Shown: piece by piece, positions 24,864-31,552 of the stretch
Position numbering within the stretch: position 1 is the first letter of the stretch
How the letters are laid out: each line of letters begins with the position of its first letter
Source of the DNA: a virus
Lineage: Duplodnaviria; Caudoviricetes
DNA length: 31,552 nt
Reading direction: 5' to 3' (one strand)
Virus record (IMG/VR): IMGVR_UViG_3300032296_000793
Span: 1-31,552 of that record
Made by a program: the position numbers and the translations under genes
Notes under the pieces: model-generated
Databases searched by the model: none
Told to the model about the DNA's origin: nothing
Seen by the model: only the letters and a program-made list of their open reading frames with translations

Positions 24864-26913
24864 CAATGCAGTGAGTATCATGCTCTCGGACTATACGCCA
24901 GTCACGGCGGTCGAGAAGGTAGATCGCGAGAACTATGTTCGCTTCGGAGTCGACAATCTCTTCCCTCAATACATTCGTGGCCTTGCAGAGACCTCACCTA
25001 TACACGGTTCTCTTTGCGTTTCGATTGGTGACATGATTGCCGGGAAAGGATTGAACGCAGGAGTCAATCAAGGACGTGTAGATGCACTCGGTGTATACGA
25101 TGTATACTACGCATGCTCACACGACCTCAAGAAATTTGGTGGTTTCTACGTCGAGGTCATCTACTCACGCGACTATCAAAGCATCGCGAAACTTAACCAT
25201 ATACCATTCGAGGAGTGCCGCATCGCGGTCGAGGGTGAAGATGAAGAGGTGACTGGAGTGTATCACTCGAATGATTGGGCGAATCCACGCAAGAAAAAGA
25301 ACAAGCCGACATTCATTCCCAAGTACCAACCACTTCGTGCGCAGGTTGAGCCTCGTCAAATATATTGGTGTTTTGACCATACGAGCGGTCAAGTCTATCC
25401 TCGTCCCGACTATTGGTCCTCGGTGAACTACATCGAACTATCAAAGCAAATAGGCATCTATCACGTCAACCAAATATCGAACGGCTTGATGCCTTCGTTC
25501 ATCGTGTCCATGTTCCAAGGTGCGCCTGAACCGGACACTCAAATGCGAATCAAGCGTGATTGGGAGGATAAGTTGAGCGGTGCGAAAAACGCAGGTAAGT
25601 TCATCATGACGTTCAACGAGCGTGATACACCGAAGCCTGACATCGTACCATTCCCACTATCGGATGCAGATAAGCAATATCAATTCTTGGCTGATTCCGC
25701 ACGTAATGAAATCTTAATCGGTCACCGCATCACTACTCCGTTGATATTCGGAGTTCGTGGAGAAGGTACCGGATTCGGGTCCAATGTCGATGAGATGACC
25801 ATCGGATTGAAGATATTCAACAATCAAGTCATCGAGCCTCGTCAACGTAAGTTGGCTACTTCATTCGAAGAAATTCTTTCGTTCGAAATGGCTGACATTG
25901 AGATCACAGTCATTCCGAACACTCCTATCGACATGCCGACTGCAGAGGTCAAGTCACAAGAAGGAGCGGTGACCGATTCGACTCAACCAAGTACTGGAGC
26001 GGCAGCGGTCGCAGACGTGAATGTCGCAGCCACGGCGTTGAATGGTGCGCTGATTGCATCACTTGTCGACATTCTTATCCAAGCCGCTACAGGTGTCCTT
26101 CCGGTAGCTTCTGCAAAAGGTGTCGTTCAAGCTTCATTTCCGACCTTATCGCAGGCGCAAATTGACTCTATCTTCACCGGCATCGTTCCGGGTAGTGTTG
26201 ACCCCAATGCAGTCGCAATGGAGGCACTCAAGACGACCATGCTGGAGTTGAGTAAAAAAAAAAGTACTCGCCCCAATGCTGCTGAACTCGATGCGGTAGC
26301 CGATGATTGCGTCGCACTCGGTCACGATCTGCCCGAAGATTGGGTCCTCATTGACGAGTTTCCGGTCGAATATGATACGGATGACGACCACACGAGCGAA
26401 GTGGATGCACTCAATGCAGTCAATCTCGTGTCAACCGGTACGGCTCGACCAAATGCAACGAGCAGCCAAGACAAACGCATCGACGGACGTGTCTTCTATA
26501 CACGCTATAAATACGATGGGCAAGTTTATCCGAACACTCGCGACTTCTGTCGTGCGATGCTTCGAGCAGACAAGTTATATCGCAAGGAAGACATTGAAAT
26601 GATGGGGAAAAAGGTAGTGAACGCAGGATGGGGACCATATGGAGCCGACACATACTCGGTGTGGCTATGGGTCGGAGGAGGAAATTGCACTCACCGGTGG
26701 CTCAAGCAGACCTATGCAAGTGCGAAAGGATTCGGCCTCGACTTGACCAATACGGACGTCAAGACTGCATCGAACGCGATCATCAAAAAGAGTGGGTATA
26801 AGGTGCGAAATCACCCGAATATAGGCAAGCAGCCGCAGGACATGAAGTATCGAGGCTTCCTTCCTGACAATCCAGTGTGGGGTAAAAATGGTTCAGCATA
26901 TAAAAACGACTAA
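24856..26913 (+). CDS. Portal protein with Ala-rich insert and C-terminal MuF-like domain
   Basis: FGVDNLFPQY, SPIH, YPRPDY, NGLMPS, GAKNAGK, HRITTP..FG; C-terminal RDFCRAM..YRKEDI..GGGNCTHRW; alternative start 24844. Confidence 0.88.
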   Translation: MGNNAVSIMLSDYTPVTAVEKVDRENYVRFGVDNLFPQYIRGLAETSPIHGSLCVSIGDMIAGKGLNAGVNQGRVDALGVYDVYYACSHDLKKFGGFYVEVIYSRDYQSIAKLNHIPFEECRIAVEGEDEEVTGVYHSNDWANPRKKKNKPTFIPKYQPLRAQVEPRQIYWCFDHTSGQVYPRPDYWSSVNYIELSKQIGIYHVNQISNGLMPSFIVSMFQGAPEPDTQMRIKRDWEDKLSGAKNAGKFIMTFNERDTPKPDIVPFPLSDADKQYQFLADSARNEILIGHRITTPLIFGVRGEGTGFGSNVDEMTIGLKIFNNQVIEPRQRKLATSFEEILSFEMADIEITVIPNTPIDMPTAEVKSQEGAVTDSTQPSTGAAAVADVNVAATALNGALIASLVDILIQAATGVLPVASAKGVVQASFPTLSQAQIDSIFTGIVPGSVDPNAVAMEALKTTMLELSKKKSTRPNAAELDAVADDCVALGHDLPEDWVLIDEFPVEYDTDDDHTSEVDALNAVNLVSTGTARPNATSSQDKRIDGRVFYTRYKYDGQVYPNTRDFCRAMLRADKLYRKEDIEMMGKKVVNAGWGPYGADTYSVWLWVGGGNCTHRWLKQTYASAKGFGLDLTNTDVKTASNAIIKKSGYKVRNHPNIGKQPQDMKYRGFLPDNPVWGKNGSAYKND

Positions 26914-26915
26914 AA

Positions 26916-27485
26916 ATGGCAGAGGTACTATTCATCAATGACGTGTATATTAAGAAGTATACGCAAATCAATGGAGCGGTTGACCCCAACTTGCTCTATC
27001 CATCCATCTACTTGGCGCAGGATAAGTACTTACATGCCTATCTTGGGACGAATCTCTACGAGACGCTGAAGGATATGGTCGCAAACGACACGTTGAGCGG
27101 TGACTATCAAATGCTCGTTGATGATTACTGTCGTCGAATGCTCATGTGGTGGGTCGTGGTCGAGGCTATGCCTTCGCTCATGTATAAGATAGACAATGGT
27201 TCGCTTGTTCAACGTACAAGTGAGGACGTTCAAACCATCAGCGACACGGTCTTCAAGGACATGATGAATCGAGCGAAGGAGAATGCGGAGTACTACACCG
27301 GTTTATTGAACGACTACTTGTGCGCGAACTCGAATCTCTTCCCGGAATACAACGACAACGTGTGGCCGCAAAGGTGTCCGATTGGTATCAAGAAGCCATC
27401 AAGCAACTACATTTTCAGTGATGGAAATACGGCCTTATCTCGTCGCTCATCCGACCGAATCCGATACAACCAAATCCCTCTATGA
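26916..27485 (+). CDS. Head-tail adaptor-like structural protein
   Basis: GAVDPNLL..IYLAQD...LGTNLY...FPEY; follows portal. Confidence 0.7.
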   Translation: MAEVLFINDVYIKKYTQINGAVDPNLLYPSIYLAQDKYLHAYLGTNLYETLKDMVANDTLSGDYQMLVDDYCRRMLMWWVVVEAMPSLMYKIDNGSLVQRTSEDVQTISDTVFKDMMNRAKENAEYYTGLLNDYLCANSNLFPEYNDNVWPQRCPIGIKKPSSNYIFSDGNTALSRRSSDRIRYNQIPL

Positions 27486-27580
27486 GTAAACCACAACCAA
27501 CCAAACCAAAGCAACAAGTCTACTTGGAGAAGTTGCGTCAATATGAATTGGAACAATTAAGAAAAGTCCGCAAAAAATGA
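27482..27580 (+). CDS. 32-aa basic peptide
   Basis: MSKPQPTKPKQQVYLEKLRQYELEQLRKVRKK; ATGA overlaps at both ends. Confidence 0.6.
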   Translation: MSKPQPTKPKQQVYLEKLRQYELEQLRKVRKK

Positions 27581-27897
27581 GCGAATTTATTCACGATACA
27601 CTTGGCCTATTCGGTAAGTTCTCTACTTGGATAGTGTCTATTCTCGTAGGCATCACGGCCAAGATTTCATATGAGGTCTATGTCAAGCGAACACTATCTA
27701 TCCTGCAGTGGTTCGCGATCATTGGAATGTCGCTAATTAGCGGCTATATGATGAGCATATACTGTCACTCCAATGGATGGAATGCACAAGGTCAGTATCT
27801 CGTACCTATCGCGACGTTGATGGGTGAGAAGATATTCATCTACCTCATTGAGAACTACAAGAGCATCATTGCAAAATTCTTAAATTTGAAAAAATGA
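27577..27897 (+). CDS. Putative holin
   Basis: 106 aa, about 3 hydrophobic segments, basic tail, in the lysis cluster. Confidence 0.6.
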   Translation: MSEFIHDTLGLFGKFSTWIVSILVGITAKISYEVYVKRTLSILQWFAIIGMSLISGYMMSIYCHSNGWNAQGQYLVPIATLMGEKIFIYLIENYKSIIAKFLNLKK

Positions 27898-28457
27898 GCG
27901 ACAAGAAGCCATTCGCCGAGACCAAGTTCGGCAAGTTCCTGAATGAAAAACTCAAGCCGGTAGCAGGAGACGTCCTCGAAGTAGTCGGCGGCTTGACTGG
28001 AGTCGAGGCCATCGAACGAGTAGGCGAGTTCCTGAATGACAAGAAGGATGAATCCAAGGCCATGAACGACCTCAATCTTGAATTCGAGAAGTACAAGCTT
28101 GATATGCAGATGGAACTCCATCGACTCGAAATTCAATCCGAACTTGATGGCTACAAAGCAGAGGTCGAAGACCGTGTAAGTGCGAGAATTCGAGAGGCCG
28201 AATGGACGAAGGCAACCGGTAAACGTGATTGGATAATGGGTGCGGTCATCATCACGGGACTCGTTTTATTGGTTGGCAGCATCGCGACCATTGTATTCGT
28301 CCAAATACCTGCAGAGAATCAACGCTTGGCTGATATGTGTTTCGGGGCGGTGATGTCTATCGGCGCATCGATATTCAGCTACTATGTCGGCTCATCACGT
28401 TCATCGAGTATCAAAGATCAACACTTAAAGGAAATCTATGCCCAGTCGCAAAATTGA
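27894..28457 (+). CDS. Holin-like membrane protein
   Basis: Soluble helical N-terminus, DRVSARIRE, two TMs, YYVGSSRSS motif; overlaps endolysin. Confidence 0.65.
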   Translation: MSDKKPFAETKFGKFLNEKLKPVAGDVLEVVGGLTGVEAIERVGEFLNDKKDESKAMNDLNLEFEKYKLDMQMELHRLEIQSELDGYKAEVEDRVSARIREAEWTKATGKRDWIMGAVIITGLVLLVGSIATIVFVQIPAENQRLADMCFGAVMSIGASIFSYYVGSSRSSSIKDQHLKEIYAQSQN

Positions 28458-28824
28458 AGACTGCGTTGAGCCATTGCAGGCCGCATGGCGAATCGCATCA
28501 GCGGAGTACGCGAAGACATACCCATCGGCTCCTCAAGTATTCCTGACTTGTACTTATCGGTCGAATTTAGAGCAAGCGGAATTGTATGCAAAAGGACGAA
28601 CCAAGCAAGGCGTGAGGGTCACCAACATCGCAAAAAACGGGAAGCATAACTCCTATCCATCGAAGGCATTCGACATCGCATTCAAGAAGGCTGATGGCTC
28701 ACTTGATTGGTCACCGAACAACTTCAAGAACTTCGCCGCAATCGTGAAAAAGACTTCTCCATTTGTGGAATGGGGCGGTGATTGGAAGTCGTTTAAAGAC
28801 CTACCACATTTCCAAGTTGCGTAA
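28438..28824 (+). CDS. Endolysin, M15-family L-Ala-D-Glu peptidase
   Basis: TYRSNLEQAELYAKGRT, KHN...AFD, WGGDW..FKDLPHFQ. Confidence 0.92.
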   Translation: MPSRKIEDCVEPLQAAWRIASAEYAKTYPSAPQVFLTCTYRSNLEQAELYAKGRTKQGVRVTNIAKNGKHNSYPSKAFDIAFKKADGSLDWSPNNFKNFAAIVKKTSPFVEWGGDWKSFKDLPHFQVA

Positions 28825-29812
28825 TGATAAATACATAGCCATCTATGAATGGTTCTACGACAACCACTTCAAGAAGGCTCAAATGCTTGAGTGGTATATG
28901 GCTCAAGAAGAGAAGAGCATGACGTTCAAAGCATTCTATGGATGCTTTCACAAGTGGAAGACACGAATGGTCAATGGACAGATGCGGAAGGCAATTAAAA
29001 AAGAAATGAATATGGCTAAAGCGACTAAACTCAAAAGCGAATTGAAGCCGTTAATCAAGCGAAAAACCGACCTCAACCTGCCTATAAGCAAGGCTCACAA
29101 GCCGCACGACTTCTATCTCAATACTACATATGACAACATTCTTTTTCTCACCGACATACACGTACCATATCACGACATCGACGCACTCAAGCAAGCCATC
29201 CAGTACGGACTCGATAACGAGGTCAATACAATATGGCTCAATGGTGACATCGTCGACTTCTATGCGATATCACGATACGACAAAGACCCAAGAAAACGAG
29301 ACTTCGGAGACGAGATAATGTCGGTCCGGATGCTCCTTGAGTCACTCCGGAATATCTTCCCTGATGCGCAGATATACTATAAGGAAGGCAATCACGAGCA
29401 GAGGTGGTTGAAGTACATCATGAAAAATGCACCGGACCTTCTCGCCCTTGGTGAGTTCGACCTTCCTTCGATACTCAAGTTGAATGAGTATAAGATTCAT
29501 TTTATCGCGAATGAACGGCTTGCATGGGCAGGCGACCTCCTCTTGTTACATGGAAACGAGATACGATTGAGTGGAAACATTGCGCAGAAACTCTATCAAC
29601 GAACCTATACCAAGGCTATATGTGGTCATCATCACCAAACATGGACGCACTCGGAGCCAAATATCAAAAAGGAGTTCGTTCATACCTACGCAGTCGGATG
29701 CTTGTGCGAACTTCATCCGGAATATATGATGTACAACCGGCACAACCATGGCTTCGCGCACATCACGATAGACAAAGGCAAGGCAACCGTTAACAATATC
29801 CGAATAGAATGA
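28817..29812 (+). CDS. Calcineurin-like metallophosphoesterase with basic N-terminal extension
   Basis: DIH, NGDIVD, GNHE, LHG, GHHH motifs; start uncertain (TTG 28817). Confidence 0.88.
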   Translation: MRNDKYIAIYEWFYDNHFKKAQMLEWYMAQEEKSMTFKAFYGCFHKWKTRMVNGQMRKAIKKEMNMAKATKLKSELKPLIKRKTDLNLPISKAHKPHDFYLNTTYDNILFLTDIHVPYHDIDALKQAIQYGLDNEVNTIWLNGDIVDFYAISRYDKDPRKRDFGDEIMSVRMLLESLRNIFPDAQIYYKEGNHEQRWLKYIMKNAPDLLALGEFDLPSILKLNEYKIHFIANERLAWAGDLLLLHGNEIRLSGNIAQKLYQRTYTKAICGHHHQTWTHSEPNIKKEFVHTYAVGCLCELHPEYMMYNRHNHGFAHITIDKGKATVNNIRIE

Positions 29813-30057
29813 ACCGAATCAAGTACCCAAAAGTCCAAGAAAGGAAACTAATGCGCGAGAATGCGCGAGGTCTATACTGCGATGGCGTCATTGAGATTGA
29901 CCCACGACTCGGTTCGCGTGAATACCTGATTGTCTTGGTCCATGAATATCTCCATCATATCTATCCATGGATGACGGAGGAGCAAGTCGACGAGAGCGGT
30001 GAGTTGATTGGTGGCTTCCTATGGAAAAACAACTACCGAAAGGTGCAATTAAAGTAG
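29809..30057 (+). CDS. Small HExxH metallopeptidase-like protein
   Basis: ARGL...IEIDPRL...VHEYLH..YP..EEQV. Confidence 0.7.
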   Translation: MNRIKYPKVQERKLMRENARGLYCDGVIEIDPRLGSREYLIVLVHEYLHHIYPWMTEEQVDESGELIGGFLWKNNYRKVQLK

Positions 30058-30264
30058 ATAAGCATCGAGCCAATACTCGTATAAGTCGCGCATGTATTCC
30101 ACAGTGAACTCATCCGGGTCTTGACATTCCATGAACACGATATATTGACGAGCGACATTCGCGTGAATCCGCTTCACGATCGTGTGAAATCCTGCGTGAA
30201 CTTCTTCGTCCAAATCGCAGAGCATGAAGTCCTCTTTAGCGAATGAATAGTCGAGACGTTTCAT
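30049..30264 (-). CDS. Hypothetical protein
   Basis: 71 aa, last gene of the converging leftward operon. Confidence 0.6.
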   Translation of the reverse strand: MKRLDYSFAKEDFMLCDLDEEVHAGFHTIVKRIHANVARQYIVFMECQDPDEFTVEYMRDLYEYWLDAYLL

Positions 30265-30487
30265 GGATCAATAGCATTGAGAAAAGACCTCCGAATGTAG
30301 TGGCGAAGAAGTCACCGAACGAGAAGTCGGATTGTTTATAGGTATCGTAGTACTCTTTGAAGAAGGCCACGCTCATGACCAAGAATATACATGGGAGTGG
30401 CTCGAATACGAGTGCGCATGCTGCGTATATGAACAAACCATAGATGAAGTGGTTCGCTTTGTCTTGGGGTAGTTGTGGAAGCTTCAT
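30236..30487 (-). CDS. Small membrane protein (DKxxHF..KExxD..D motif, VanZ/YfiM-like)
   Basis: Start MKLPQLPQDKANHF at 30487 (ATGA overlap); hydrophobic segments. Confidence 0.7.
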   Translation of the reverse strand: MKLPQLPQDKANHFIYGLFIYAACALVFEPLPCIFLVMSVAFFKEYYDTYKQSDFSFGDFFATTFGGLFSMLLIHETSRLFIR

Positions 30488-30966
30488 AGTTCTAAATAGA
30501 AAAACGGAGTATACGACTCTTTCACCTTCCACTTCTTGACCATTCCATAAGGTACACGGTAATAGTTAGCCGTGTAGTTACCTATCGGCTCGATGAATAC
30601 GAAGTGGGTGACCTTCTTTTTGTAGTATGCTTTGCGATTCACCCGGAGTTCGTGACTGGAGACATGCTTGACGTCGATGAGGTAGTCACCTTTCACGTGA
30701 AAATCGAATTCGTCCGACCCTCGGTCAAGTATAGTGGTTGTGTATTCGACTCCTTGACAGTTCAAATAGTCGGCAAAAATGAGTTCCGCAAGTGCGCCCT
30801 CTACGTCAATCTTGTGATTCAAATGTCCTCGATTGTATTCCGGATGCGCAGTACGTATCCGTTCGCATGCTGCGGTCCTCATCGCGCCTATTTTCTCCGC
30901 GATCTCATGCAATCCTGCAGGATAGTGGAGGATGTCTCGCTTTATTTCGGAAGGAGGTCTTGACAT
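30484..30966 (-). CDS. PD-(D/E)xK nuclease-like protein
   Basis: GALAE...DEFDF...IDVK motif. Confidence 0.65.
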   Translation of the reverse strand: MSRPPSEIKRDILHYPAGLHEIAEKIGAMRTAACERIRTAHPEYNRGHLNHKIDVEGALAELIFADYLNCQGVEYTTTILDRGSDEFDFHVKGDYLIDVKHVSSHELRVNRKAYYKKKVTHFVFIEPIGNYTANYYRVPYGMVKKWKVKESYTPFFYLEL

Positions 30967-31280
30967 ATATATAGTATATATCGGTAATTCACCACAATGT
31001 TCTCCTTCTCAAGTATCTTGAGCATTCGTCGGATGCGTAGACCGATGATGAAGTGGTCTATTCCGCAGAGCCAAATGATGAGAATGAACGCGAAGAACCA
31101 TGCAGCCGGTACCCAAAGGTTGATACCTCCAAGGGAGAGTATAAGGAAGAGGACCAGTGTCCATGAGAACCATGGTTTCAAGGTTCCGAGATTGCGATAC
31201 GTCCATCGGTAGATTCCAAGGTCGAAGTAAGTGGCCTTGAAGACCTCGCGGATTCGGTTGTTGATGTCGTTTTGGGTCAT
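30942..31280 (-). CDS. Membrane protein (2 TM)
   Basis: 112 aa, strongly hydrophobic hairpin. Confidence 0.7.
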   Translation of the reverse strand: MTQNDINNRIREVFKATYFDLGIYRWTYRNLGTLKPWFSWTLVLFLILSLGGINLWVPAAWFFAFILIIWLCGIDHFIIGLRIRRMLKILEKENIVVNYRYILYICQDLLPK

Positions 31281-31435
31281 AAATAAATAGTATTTTTTGT
31301 TAGTGTATAAAGGTCTCTATTGACTGACTTGAGTTTATAGTGGAGAAGCCTTCTTATGTACCGATTCTTCGCGAATTCGCAGAGCGTGATAAGGTCGACT
31401 CTTCTCGCTTTGAGTTCATCTATATCATGTTTCAT
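31277..31435 (-). CDS. Hypothetical protein (YxLTKN..YL family)
   Basis: Manual translation, 52 aa: MKHDIDELKARRVDLI...NRDLYTLTKNTIYL; ATGA overlaps at both ends. Confidence 0.7.
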   Translation of the reverse strand: MKHDIDELKARRVDLITLCEFAKNRYIRRLLHYKLKSVNRDLYTLTKNTIYL

Positions 31436-31552
31436 TTGTCACCTCCTTTCATTATAGTCGTGGGCGTGTCATCATGTGGAATACTCTTGTTGTCTCTAAT
31501 CCTTTCAAGATTACCCAGTTGTTTTTTAAAGGCATCAAGTTCCGCACTTAGA
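31432..31552 (-). CDS. 3' end of a gene entering from beyond the right edge
   Basis: Open frame ...LSAELDAFKKQLGNLERIRDNKSIPHDDTPTTIMKGGDK*. Confidence 0.6.
   Translation of the reverse strand, partial: LSAELDAFKKQLGNLERIRDNKSIPHDDTPTTIMKGGDK

Noticed and set aside
27489-27517. CCAA-like micro-repeat
   Set aside because: Short and imperfect; explained by Pro/Gln/Lys codons of the 32-aa ORF.
1-31552. Window as a closed circular genome
   Set aside because: Both ends are in minus-strand small genes, consistent with a permuted genome. However, direct joining would truncate the left gene (..HFEV*) and leave the right gene without a start, and no terminal repeat was seen, so a gap probably remains.
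1-31552. Apparent scarcity of CTAG and CCWGG (restriction avoidance) and possible alternative genetic code
   Set aside because: K-mer depletion cannot be quantified by eye and needs an observed/expected count. Genes tile fully under the standard code, so there is no sign of stop-codon reassignment.

Overview
Near-complete genome (both ends cut mid-gene) of a lytic-looking siphovirus. The host is most likely Bacteroidota, based on TTG-N20/21-TAnnTTTG promoters, A-rich start contexts and almost no Shine-Dalgarno sites. Leftward early arm (1-5666, apparently continuing from the right end at 30049-31552): small genes, an SSAP, a YqaJ exonuclease, a DUF1376-type replication initiator with an internal iteron origin, DnaB and NinG. 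A second leftward unit carries HTH, DUF736-like and terminase large subunit genes. The rightward unit (~7968-30057) carries an ECF-like sigma factor, TerS, a frameshifted tail chaperone, tail genes, tape measure, XkdF protease, scaffold, capsid, tail tube, portal, adaptor, lysis genes and a metallophosphoesterase. No integrase, RT, CRISPR or tRNA was seen. The most notable signals are: (1) a pseudoknot-capable structured leader with a uORF in front of the replication initiator; (2) a head-to-head double promoter with a shared TGTAAC-N6-GTTACA operator; (3) an A10 tract at the portal/MuF-like domain junction that could give two portal isoforms; (4) a tail-terminator-like/fibre fusion; (5) an antisense orphan gene with its own terminator inside the head module. 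All calls are by eye; no database search was run.
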